A stretch of 64,000 nt of DNA from Gammaproteobacteria bacterium. Its GTDB lineage: Bacteria; Pseudomonadota; Gammaproteobacteria; Eutrophobiales; Eutrophobiaceae. Shown one piece after another: positions 53,031 through 62,244 of this stretch. The stretch is taken from assembly GCA_965215365.1 (NCBI GenBank), contig CBDCDS010000003.1, forward strand, positions 832,001 to 896,000, given 5' to 3'. Every line of letters starts with the position of its first letter. Within the stretch, counting starts at the first letter, position 1. A program made the translations under genes and the position numbers. The notes beneath the pieces are model-generated. The model was not told where the DNA came from. It saw only the letters and a list, made by a program, of their open reading frames with translations, and did no database searches.

Positions 53031-54675
53031 CGCGTTGTTTCCTGGGCGCTAGTCTGTTGTGCTCTGCTGTTGATCTTTGTCCGAACTCTTCCTGTTCGTA
53101 CAGCCCGGCATCTTCCACCATCTCTTCCGCGTCTGGCAATACCGGATCTGGATTGAGCCGGGGAAACAGTGCCACGACGCGTTGATCATCAATGATCGTG
53201 GTATCTTTTGTGCCTAGCGCGTGGTACCTGATGACCTCGCGCACCTGCGTATCCACGCCCAGCGAACCGGCGAGGCGCAGGTAGTAGTCAGCGCGCGCCT
53301 TTTCGCCACCGGTGGGTTCTGCAAGGTAAGTCAGCAATTCTTCTTCCTGGCTTTTTGACAGCTTCCGACGCAAGGCATCATAGGCCTCTTTAACAGGCTG
53401 ACCAGCCCCGCTTTCAAAATACTCCCGGTGGAATATCATGCCTGACGGATAGCTCAGAAGGCGCATAAATTCCTCGTTATTTTTACCAAACGCGCGTTGA
53501 AAAAAGGCGGGGTTCCCACTGACCATGCCGTGGGTGGCCTGCAGGATAACCTGGAACGTGCGCAGGTAGTAGCGGTTCCAGCGTGGCCCGACATGCGACC
53601 GATCTTTCAAAGTAACCGGCTGGTAGCGCATGGGGAAAGACCAGATACGAATGCCCAGTTCGTCATTCAGCTTTATGTTCAATGCCAGTCGCTCGTACAA
53701 GTCCTGCGGGGTATCCTTGAAATTGTAGAGCATATAGTTCGACAAAGAGGTAATCCTGTTGTCTGCCGCCATGCGCACCGACGTTTCATATACCTTGCGC
53801 ACGCCGATGTGGTCGAATGCAATACGCAGGGGGCTGAGGCAGATAGTAGCCATTTCCTTGAGATACATTGGCGACTTTGCCAGGATGCGGGCGTCCACCC
53901 CTTGGTTGAAGTCTACCCGGCGTTTTACCGGCCTGCCGTTGCGCGTCAGGGTAGCGCCCGGAGTGAAGCCCAGCGCCCTGATTTCTGCAATGATCTCCCG
54001 GTAACGGCTGGACGCAGTTATATTGTTGTCCATCAGGATCAGATCTTTCTTTTCACCGTGTCGGTCTGCAATATCTTGCACCAGAGCAGCCAGCGACGGC
54101 ATTTCCCTTTGTGTACCTTCCAGTTTGGGCACACCGCAGAAATGGCATTTGCGAATACAGCCCCTGGACGCATAGCAAAAATAGGCATCGTGGACCGGGT
54201 AAGTGTAGTCAATGTGCTCAAGGACACTGTAATCTGGAGTCTGTTCTTCAATGGGGACGCCGGTCGTGTCCTCTGCGCCAAAATCACCATCGGCGGCGGA
54301 CAGTGACAAAGCCTGTGCCGGCGGGCCATCCAGCAAGCCCGCAATAAACCGCACACCCGCCCAGCGTGGTTCGTTGATGAACTCCTGCAGCATAAGGGAA
54401 GCTGCGATACCCCCTACAAACACACGCTCCGACTGGTTGCCAGCGGCTTGTATGGCAAAGTCAATAGCTTGCGCGGTGCGCTTCCATTCAAAACTGAACA
54501 GCGTGGTCACATAGACCCGGTCCCACACCTCAAGCAACACTGCCCTGTCATCGCCCTTGACAAGTCTGACGAAATCGCCCCGCTTACGGTGATACGCCGC
54601 TAGCTTCATCAGGCCGAGGGGCGGATATTTATTGCGGTAGCCGGGTTCTACCAAGAGGACTCTGAAGCGGGTCAT
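53020..54675 (-). CDS. Radical SAM protein with an N-terminal Rossmann/B12-binding-like domain
   Basis: CxxxCxxC in SRGCIRKCHFCGVPKLEG; N-terminal KYPPLGLMKLAAYH, VFVGGIAASL; LMDNN; VDFNQGVDAR. Confidence 0.9.
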   Translation of the reverse strand: MTRFRVLLVEPGYRNKYPPLGLMKLAAYHRKRGDFVRLVKGDDRAVLLEVWDRVYVTTLFSFEWKRTAQAIDFAIQAAGNQSERVFVGGIAASLMLQEFINEPRWAGVRFIAGLLDGPPAQALSLSAADGDFGAEDTTGVPIEEQTPDYSVLEHIDYTYPVHDAYFCYASRGCIRKCHFCGVPKLEGTQREMPSLAALVQDIADRHGEKKDLILMDNNITASSRYREIIAEIRALGFTPGATLTRNGRPVKRRVDFNQGVDARILAKSPMYLKEMATICLSPLRIAFDHIGVRKVYETSVRMAADNRITSLSNYMLYNFKDTPQDLYERLALNIKLNDELGIRIWSFPMRYQPVTLKDRSHVGPRWNRYYLRTFQVILQATHGMVSGNPAFFQRAFGKNNEEFMRLLSYPSGMIFHREYFESGAGQPVKEAYDALRRKLSKSQEEELLTYLAEPTGGEKARADYYLRLAGSLGVDTQVREVIRYHALGTKDTTIIDDQRVVALFPRLNPDPVLPDAEEMVEDAGLYEQEEFGQRSTAEHNRLAPRKQRVGS

Positions 54676-55676
54676 TGGCTTATTTTTTCAATCATACTGT
54701 ATATTCTGTCGACTTCCCGCTTAAGTTTACGAGTATCCTGTTTTATTGCATTTAGTGTGTTCTGGTCTGATTTTTTCAACTCTTTTTCTTCAATAGTCTC
54801 GATGGTGCCAAGTGCGCGTCTGACCCGTTGCTGTACCTTGCTGGTTTTTGCTTCTTGATAGGCGTCATCAAAAGTCAAATCTTCTTCAATATATTTTTTC
54901 AGAATCTTGGGTTTGCCTATGATTGCTGGGAGCTTGTTTCTCAGTTCCAGAGCTGTGAAATCATTTTCATCATTATCTAGGCCAGCATGCCTGATCCTTT
55001 TCAAGAGAAGATTTTTCAAGCGTCCATCTTCTTCGGTTGCCTGCACAATTTTCCGTGTTGTGACCATAACCTCGTAATAGCTGAAGTGAGATGGCTCCTC
55101 ATCCCCATTTCTCTTCATTTGATCAATAACTCTGACCCTGTTGCTGATAGTTTTCTCAGTCTCACCAAACAACTTGGCGATATTTGTTTCTGTCCAACCC
55201 CTCTCTTTCCTTACATAGGCAAGATTGGCTTTTTCATACGCTGACCATTGCGTCTTGCCTTTTACGTGAATCTGGTTAAGAAATGCAAATTGCTGTTCAT
55301 CCGTTAGCTTGCTGACTATGTCGCATTGGATCAGTCCCCAATCCTTTTCGGGCTGCTTTTTGTGGAGTTTACGATAGACGGCAAGCCGAGAATTGCCCTC
55401 GATAACTTCCATAGTGTCGTGGCGAACCAATATCGCTTCCAGGAGGCCCCCGTGTCTTTTTATCTCAGGCTCCAGATTTTTAACGCTGGCCTCCTTTAGA
55501 AGTTTTTCGTATATGAGATCTTGCTGTTCCTCTTCCGATAATTCGTTAAATTCCGATATTCCATGGGTACACGCATACACCCGCGGATTGTCGGACAGGA
55601 ATTTCAGTTTGTGTATTTCCAGAAAATCAGAAGAAACTTCGATGTTCTCTCCCATTATTTTTATGGAACGAGTCAT
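54672..55676 (-). CDS. ParB/Sulfiredoxin-like N-terminal domain protein
   Basis: DNPRV, GGLLEAILV, VIEGNSRLAVYRKL, WSAYEKA, followed by an HTH-like segment. Confidence 0.78.
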   Translation of the reverse strand: MTRSIKIMGENIEVSSDFLEIHKLKFLSDNPRVYACTHGISEFNELSEEEQQDLIYEKLLKEASVKNLEPEIKRHGGLLEAILVRHDTMEVIEGNSRLAVYRKLHKKQPEKDWGLIQCDIVSKLTDEQQFAFLNQIHVKGKTQWSAYEKANLAYVRKERGWTETNIAKLFGETEKTISNRVRVIDQMKRNGDEEPSHFSYYEVMVTTRKIVQATEEDGRLKNLLLKRIRHAGLDNDENDFTALELRNKLPAIIGKPKILKKYIEEDLTFDDAYQEAKTSKVQQRVRRALGTIETIEEKELKKSDQNTLNAIKQDTRKLKREVDRIYSMIEKISQ

Positions 55677-57175
55677 GTGATCGGTGTCTCCTCAAAGTTT
55701 TGGTTTTGGTTGCGTTTGCTGGGTGCCAGAATACGTTTCAGTTCGCCAGACAGATCAGCGTTAAACATCTGAGTAAATTCGGTGCCAGATATGTCTCCCT
55801 GCACCAGCTGCGCCGCTTGATGCTTCGCATTCAACAACGTATCCACCCATTCGTCAATAGTATTGTTCGCTGTCAGGTTATGCACGAAACAGTCGTCAGT
55901 TTGGGAAATTCGGTGAATGCGGTCCTGGGCTTGCAAGTAATCGTCGAGGCTGAAACTGCGGTCAAAAAATACCGCATGGTTGGCAACAGTGAGCGTCAAA
56001 CCCTCCTTTGCTGCACCAGGTGTGGCAATCAATATTCGATTGTCGTTATCGGTTTTGAATTTCCCGACCGCTTCATTGCGTTCTGCAATAGTCAAATTGC
56101 CGTGCAGTTTTTGTGGATTGTAATGTTGCAACCTGTCACTCAGCCACTCCACATTAGCAATAAAACTGGTCCATACTATAGCTTTGCTTGACGAAAGAAT
56201 GTCTATTTCCTGAAACAACTCGAACAGTTTCGTATATTTCCCCGGATCGCTTTTGTACGCTTTGTCCACCAGCGCGGGATTCGAAGCACATTGCACCAAC
56301 CGCAGAAGTTGTTTCAGGATACTTTCCACCTCATCAATAACTACCTCTCCATCAACCACAAATTCGTGTGCAAGAGTATCTCTATAAGACTCATAAATGG
56401 CGGCTTGTCTAGGCTCCATTTCAACAGGATGTGTCAAGATCATTTTGTCTGGCAGTTCCAATCCCGCAGTTTTTTTTGTCTTGCGTATGGAGAACGGCTT
56501 TAGTTTCTGCAGGATACCGGAGAGTCGGTCAGCGTACTCATGTCCGGTATGTTGTGTTTTCGGTAGATCAAAATCATTTTCAAATTCGGCGAAGGAACTG
56601 CCGAGCGCTTGCCCATCATCAAGGAATCTGATCTGCGACCAGATGTCGTAGGGACGATTAGCAACAGGTGTGCCGGTCATAATAATGCGGCGCGTAAAAC
56701 CATCTGCAATGGTGAGAAAGTCCTTTGTAATCCTGGCTTCTGGATTTTTTATTTTTTGGCTTTCGTCCAGAATGGCGCCAACCCGGCAGGTATCAAGGAA
56801 CAGCCTTAATAACTCAAAATTCGCCGAGACCAGTTCATAGTTCGTAATGTAAACCAGTATGGGAGAATTTAACGCGATGCTGTTTTCACGTCGATTACCG
56901 GATAAGATTTTTGGAGTTATGTGTGAATGAGCGACCACTTCTTCGAACCAGTTTTGTACCAGCATTTTCTTGGTTATAACAAACACCGTGTCAATAACAT
57001 CTGCCTCCAGCCAGTGTAATAATAAATCGACCGCTATCTTAGTTTTTCCCAATCCTTGTTCGTGAAATATCGCGGCGTAGGAAAGCGATTTAACCGCCCT
57101 TACAGCGTCAACCTGATACGGGTAGGCATCCAGTTTGGGCGTTAACTTCGGGGGTTTTCTTAGGTTAAAAGCCAC
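55673..57175 (-). CDS. SNF2-family (SF2) helicase/ATPase
   Basis: YPYQ, EQGLGKT, LDESQKIKN, MTGTPVAN, EGLTLT, QAQDRIHRISQ. Confidence 0.92.
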   Translation of the reverse strand: MAFNLRKPPKLTPKLDAYPYQVDAVRAVKSLSYAAIFHEQGLGKTKIAVDLLLHWLEADVIDTVFVITKKMLVQNWFEEVVAHSHITPKILSGNRRENSIALNSPILVYITNYELVSANFELLRLFLDTCRVGAILDESQKIKNPEARITKDFLTIADGFTRRIIMTGTPVANRPYDIWSQIRFLDDGQALGSSFAEFENDFDLPKTQHTGHEYADRLSGILQKLKPFSIRKTKKTAGLELPDKMILTHPVEMEPRQAAIYESYRDTLAHEFVVDGEVVIDEVESILKQLLRLVQCASNPALVDKAYKSDPGKYTKLFELFQEIDILSSSKAIVWTSFIANVEWLSDRLQHYNPQKLHGNLTIAERNEAVGKFKTDNDNRILIATPGAAKEGLTLTVANHAVFFDRSFSLDDYLQAQDRIHRISQTDDCFVHNLTANNTIDEWVDTLLNAKHQAAQLVQGDISGTEFTQMFNADLSGELKRILAPSKRNQNQNFEETPIT

Positions 57176-57603
57176 TGTATTCCGCCGTGAGAGTCAAGCA
57201 GCCACAAATCACAGGTGTCAAACACTTCCAACTTCGTGTTCTTGACTTGCAATTCCATACGCATAAACCGGAGCAGAGTTTTAGCGCGAGTTGCGCCAAC
57301 ACCCGTTACCACGAGAATAAAATAACCCAGTTTTTGCCTTTCCAGATGGCTTATGAAAGAGGTCAGTTGCGCGCGGGTATGCGGGCTGTCAATGTCATTA
57401 TCTGTTTTAGCCTCTGCGATAACAACCAACCCCTCACAATCTTGCCGAGCATATACATCCGGCCTGTAACCACCAATGAATGGCGGCAGTTCGTCGCCGG
57501 GAGACTGTTGCAAATCAGCGTTGAGCTTGAGCCCCGGGTAGCGTTGCACAAGTTTCTCGACGATTGACTGAACTAGACTCCTGTGGGCATCACTTTGAGA
57601 CAT
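57160..57603 (-). CDS. Small PD-(D/E)xK restriction-endonuclease-fold protein
   Basis: YRPDVYA...VIAEAKT...QL; overlaps both neighbours. Confidence 0.62.
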   Translation of the reverse strand: MSQSDAHRSLVQSIVEKLVQRYPGLKLNADLQQSPGDELPPFIGGYRPDVYARQDCEGLVVIAEAKTDNDIDSPHTRAQLTSFISHLERQKLGYFILVVTGVGATRAKTLLRFMRMELQVKNTKLEVFDTCDLWLLDSHGGIQWLLT

Positions 57604-58624
57604 TACTTAACAGGTGTTGCAACTGTTCTTCCAGATCTTCAAGTGCTTGTACTTGTTCTTTGGCATCATCGTGTTCTCTATCCATAAGGTGACGCAGTTC
57701 GGAGAGGGGCATGTCGTCTATACGACGCGCCAGCGTCTCCGCCAACTGGTAAATCGATGCACTCCGTAGCGTTACCTTGCTCGGCGCTCCTCCCTTCTTT
57801 TTGTCGGCCTTGTTGTCACATACTTTGATCGCGTCCTCTATTGAACGAGGCCCACCGTCAAGAAACTTTTCCTTTGCTTCTTCGTCGCGCAAAACTTTCG
57901 GTAACTGACGTACATCGGCCAGACGGTATATTTTGCCATCCTTAATCCATCCGCCAAAGTCCTCCATCTCAAGTCCGGCTTCAAAAATAGCTTCCTTGAT
58001 GCCCGGTTTTTGTAACTCAACGAAACCGCTGAAACGGTCAATGTGGAACGCGGCATCGTCAACCAGCTCTCGGTAGTAATCATTCATATCGTGGTATGCG
58101 TCAATTTGCCGCTCGATATCCTTTCTATTGCCACCGCAGAGGGCGATCATCTGGTCGTAGTCCATAAACTTCTGGTTGCGTAGATAATGCAGATACCTCG
58201 CTTTTTCGTAAGCCGGCCACTCTCGGGTGCCGACAAGATGCGTCGACACGCGAATTGCTTCAATGTCTTCCTGCCTCGCGTTATCAAGCACTATGGCATT
58301 GATCTCATACCAGTTGCCGGGCGCACCTTCCTTGAACAGTTCCTTATAGATTGCAAGCCGGGTATTCCCGTCTATGCAAACCCTTCTCTTTCCATCGTGG
58401 TTGACGGTAATCGGCACAGTGATTCCGCCGTTTGCCCGAATTGAGCCTCTGAGGCGGTTATACGACGAGGCGCCATTGGATTCTTCTGTGGCAGAGCGCA
58501 AAGCAAAATGAATACGTTCTGCGTTCAACCCATCACCGTATTTTTCGAGGGCTTTTTTTATTCGGGGGTTGTCCGTGTCGAAATCTATGGTTTCGACTTT
58601 CAGCATTTCAAACTTTTCTCTCAT
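57590..58624 (-). CDS. ParB/Sulfiredoxin-like N-terminal domain protein (paralog of 54672-55676)
   Basis: DNPRI, SIRANGGITVPITV, CIDGNTRLAIYKEL, WPAYEKA. Confidence 0.78.
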   Translation of the reverse strand: MREKFEMLKVETIDFDTDNPRIKKALEKYGDGLNAERIHFALRSATEESNGASSYNRLRGSIRANGGITVPITVNHDGKRRVCIDGNTRLAIYKELFKEGAPGNWYEINAIVLDNARQEDIEAIRVSTHLVGTREWPAYEKARYLHYLRNQKFMDYDQMIALCGGNRKDIERQIDAYHDMNDYYRELVDDAAFHIDRFSGFVELQKPGIKEAIFEAGLEMEDFGGWIKDGKIYRLADVRQLPKVLRDEEAKEKFLDGGPRSIEDAIKVCDNKADKKKGGAPSKVTLRSASIYQLAETLARRIDDMPLSELRHLMDREHDDAKEQVQALEDLEEQLQHLLSNVSK

Positions 58625-58710
58625 CGTCTGTCACCTGACGTTAATGTGATCTTCCTGTATTTTGTCAGAATCAACCTATGCGTTGGCTGACAAGTGTAAC
58701 TATGCCGGTC

Positions 58711-58739
58711 AGTATATCTTTGTGACCAACTGATTGCAA
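58711..58739 (-). promoter_or_regulatory. Sigma70-type promoter of the six-gene operon
   Basis: Minus strand TTGCAA (58739-58734), 17-bp spacer, TATACT (58716-58711). Confidence 0.62.
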
Positions 58740-58743
58740 GGAG

Positions 58744-59877
58744 TGTCCAGGTTCAATACATATGAGACTCAGAGGCAGGCTGTGTGAGTTGTTGATAATA
58801 CTCCATTGGGGTTAATAAACCAATACCGTCATGCGGGCGGTAGGTATTGTAGTATTGCTGATACTCGGCCAGTTTGCGGTTGATGGCGGCCACGGTCAGT
58901 GGACCCTCGTAGAACGGATAGAACTCATAGCGGCTGGTGGCATTGGCGCGTTCTACACAGCCGTTGTATTCGGGTTTTTTCGGGGGCAGCACGTACAGGG
59001 GGATTCCTAAGTCCTGGCAAGCCTGCTCGAACTCATCTCGGAACTCCGAGCCGCCATCGACCTGGATAGAACGGATGGGAAACGGCGCCTCACCGAGCAG
59101 CGCTTTTAAGAAGCGCCGGGCATTGCCACTGGTGGCCCGACTGTAGGCTCGCAGCGCACTCCATTTGCTCACCGGACAGACGGCCTTGAACTCCTTCACC
59201 GTGATGCCGTCCGTGAAGCCGACACTCATGTGGTCTATCTGCATCAACTCCCCTGGCGCCTTAGCCTTCATCCCGTAGCGCCAGCGCTTGGCATGATGGG
59301 TAAACGCCCGGCGGCGCTTAGGCTTCACCCGGCCATAGTAAAACGCCACCGGCTTGACCCGACCTAGCCGCACCAGCTTCGCCACGATGCGCCCGACCGT
59401 ACTCTCGCTCAAAGTCCAGCCCTGCTCGCGCACCCCCACCCGCCAGAGCTTGCGCTTGCCCCATAACGGATAACGTTGGCGAAGGTGCAAGACCTGCTGC
59501 TCGTGCTGGCGCGTCCATTGCGGCACACGCCGCCGCCGCGGCGCACGGGAGCCACACCCCAGACCCTTCAGCCCATGTTCACGATACCGCTTCAACCAAC
59601 GGTAGTAGGTCGCCCTCGACCCACCTACTGCTGCCAGTGCCGTCGCCTCACCACACCCATCCTCGCGTAACGTCGCAACTAATTCCAACTGCTTCAAACG
59701 ACCGCGCGCGTCAGCATCGGTAGTATCATCGACGCGCCAACTGCGATATGATTTCACCCGCTTACCTTTTGATCTGCATCGGGTAGTCCTCCTGTGTAAG
59801 TTAATCGAAATCACTTTACACACTTCACTACCCGATTTCTTTATCTAAAGAGTCTCACTTGTTTCTGAACCCGGACA
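58744..59877 (-). mobile_element. IS481-family element, second copy, with a damaged transposase start
   Basis: Near-identical to 40651-41782. The start reads atg cag atc aaa agg TAA instead of atg cag atc aaa agc ctg. No target duplication (aaggag / gctaca). Confidence 0.9.
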
Positions 59878-59930
59878 GCTACAAATATCAACTAGGCACT
59901 ATAACTGCCTGTTCCAAAAAACGTTTTGAT

Positions 59931-60311
59931 TTACAAGAGATTTTCAGATAAAGTAAGCACCAGACCGTCGAAGTCGGGAGCTCGGTAGGCAGATCGAGCC
60001 GTTTTTTGATGATCGCGACCAGGACATAAACGCCAGTTGCGGGTTTGGTTGGCATGGGCCAGGGTATTACGGGCGACCCTGCCGCGTAGTCCTAAGTGGT
60101 AGAGTTTGTCCGGGTGTGCGCGCAGGCAGACCTCGATATCGCGCAGGCTCTCGCGGTGGGTGAGTTGGGCGAAGGCCAGGCATAGGAACTGGTCGAGGCA
60201 GGTAAAAGACTTGACGTAGCGGTTACCGTGGTAGCGTTGGACGCAGCGGCGGAATGCTTTCATGGGTAGGTGGTCCATGACTTGCGAGAAGACAAATTGG
60301 CCGGTGGGCAT
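59931..60311 (-). pseudogene. IS4-family transposase remnant (DUF4372-like N-terminus, internal deletion)
   Basis: GQFVFSQVMDHLP..YVKSFTCLDQFLCLAFAQLTHRESLRDIE; the DDE core is absent. Confidence 0.85.
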
Positions 60312-60465
60312 GGTGATTTCTCCTGATGATGATGAACATCGGGAGGGTAACATCAACCGGCGGCGGCAGTTTTAATCGATACCCCTGAAAAATCTCTGAT
60401 TTATGAACAAAATGAATGAGTTATACTACATCAATATGATTTTCTTGGGACACTAATGATAAATC

Positions 60466-61557
60466 ATGGCTAAACTGGAAAGTCTCACCGTTCACGGCTT
60501 CAAATCGATCCGGTCACTGGAGGACTTCAAACCCGGGCCTCTTAATGTTCTTATCGGGGCAAATGGCGCTGGGAAGAGTAATTTCATTAGTCTGTTCAAT
60601 ATGCTGGCACGTGTTGTCGAGCGGCGCTTTCAGGTTTTTGTTGCTGAACAGGATGGCCCGGAAGCAATGCTTTTTGGCGGCAGGAAGCGGACTGAGCGTA
60701 TGGAAGTCGAGCTCACCTTTGGCAAAAACGCTTATGGTTTCTCTCTTGTTCCGGCAGGTAACCGGCTGATATTCGATCAGGAGAAAATGCGTGTTTTTGG
60801 CGACTGGAAAACGTCCACGCACACACTAGGCAGCGGTCATGACGAATCCAGGCTGAAAGATGCAGAAGATACCGGGCAGAGCAGCTTTGCCTCTTACGTG
60901 TCGGCTGCGGTAAGGAGTTGGCGGGTGTACCATTTCCATGACACCAGTGCGACAGCGCCGATGCGCCAGTCACAGGCAGTTCGGGACAATATGTATCTCA
61001 AACCTGATGCAGGCAACCTGGGGCCTTTTCTGCGCTATTTGCGCGAGCAGCACCCGGAACATTACCGGCAAATCATGGAAACAGTCCGGTTGGCAGCGCC
61101 ATTCTTCGACGATACGATTTATCGAAAGAATACCGATGAGCGGATGGAACTGGAATGGTCCCACAGGAATGACCCTGATACGGTACTGGGACCGCGTCAG
61201 CTTTCAGACGGGACACTTCGTTTTATCTGCCTCACGACTCTACTTCTGCAACCACCAAGCCTGCTGCCGGACTTGATACTTGTCGATGAACCTGAGCTGG
61301 GCTTGCATCCTTACGCGCTCAGCTTATTGGCTGAGATGTTAAGACAAGCCTGCGATGCAAGACAGCTTATTGTTTCAACACAATCCGCCGACCTTGTTAG
61401 TGAACTTGCTCCCGATGACATCGTTGTGGTCGACCGCCAAGATGAGGCGTCCTGCTTCAGAAGACTGGATGCTGATAACCTGGAGGAGTGGCTGCAAGAC
61501 TATGCGCTGGGCGATATGTGGAAGATGAATATCCTTGGTGGCAGGCCTGGCCAGTGA
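60466..61557 (+). CDS. ABC/SMC-like AAA ATPase (AAA_21 type)
   Basis: HGFKSI, GANGAGKS, LSDGT, VDEPELGLHP, STQS. Confidence 0.92.
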   Translation: MAKLESLTVHGFKSIRSLEDFKPGPLNVLIGANGAGKSNFISLFNMLARVVERRFQVFVAEQDGPEAMLFGGRKRTERMEVELTFGKNAYGFSLVPAGNRLIFDQEKMRVFGDWKTSTHTLGSGHDESRLKDAEDTGQSSFASYVSAAVRSWRVYHFHDTSATAPMRQSQAVRDNMYLKPDAGNLGPFLRYLREQHPEHYRQIMETVRLAAPFFDDTIYRKNTDERMELEWSHRNDPDTVLGPRQLSDGTLRFICLTTLLLQPPSLLPDLILVDEPELGLHPYALSLLAEMLRQACDARQLIVSTQSADLVSELAPDDIVVVDRQDEASCFRRLDADNLEEWLQDYALGDMWKMNILGGRPGQ

Positions 61558-62240
61558 TAAATATCATTGTCGTCTGCGAAGGCCAGACTGAAGAGGTTTT
61601 TGTAAATAAGGTGCTACTGCCAGAACTGTTAACACGAGACGTATTTATCCAGCCGAGACTGATTGCAACATCCAAGCGGTCGAAAGGGGGGGCGCTTGCC
61701 GGACAAAGGGTGCTACGCTTTCTCCGTAATACTTTGCGAGAACGCAAAGATGCTTATGTGACAACACTCTTCGATATGTACGGGTTGCCCGCCGGCTTTC
61801 CCGGCCTTTCGGCTGCTATTTCTGAAACCGATCCATTGGCTCGGGCTACAGCAATTGAAGTCGGTTTCCATGCAGAGGTCATTAGTGAAGCAGAGTGTCG
61901 TGAAGGCCGGTTCATACCACATATTCAGCCGCACGAATTTGAGTCCCTGCTTTTCTCAGACGTATCGCAGTTTGCCCAAGCCGAGCCGACATGGAAACCG
62001 TTCGTCAGCCAGTTTGAAACACTTGCACAATCCGCCTCAAGCCCTGAGCACATTAACGATGGACCTGAAACACATCCTTCGGCGCGTCTCCGACAGCTGC
62101 GTCCTCCATACAAAAAGGTGAGCCATGGGTATGCCATCTCTTCAAGGATTGGCCTTGAGTGCATTCGAAATAAATGTCGCCATTTTAACAAGTGGTTATC
62201 ACGCATTGAAAGCGTTCAACCGTTGAAACAGGCAGGGTAG
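61554..62240 (+). CDS. DUF4276-family TOPRIM-like protein
   Basis: GTG overlaps the ATPase stop. Motifs [44 protein letters not shown]. Confidence 0.82.
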   Translation: MINIIVVCEGQTEEVFVNKVLLPELLTRDVFIQPRLIATSKRSKGGALAGQRVLRFLRNTLRERKDAYVTTLFDMYGLPAGFPGLSAAISETDPLARATAIEVGFHAEVISEAECREGRFIPHIQPHEFESLLFSDVSQFAQAEPTWKPFVSQFETLAQSASSPEHINDGPETHPSARLRQLRPPYKKVSHGYAISSRIGLECIRNKCRHFNKWLSRIESVQPLKQAG

Positions 62241-62244
62241 CTCC

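Noticed and set aside
53020-54675. Prokaryotic viperin
   Set aside because: Much longer than a viperin, with an extra N-terminal domain and no viperin-like motif context that I can recognise.
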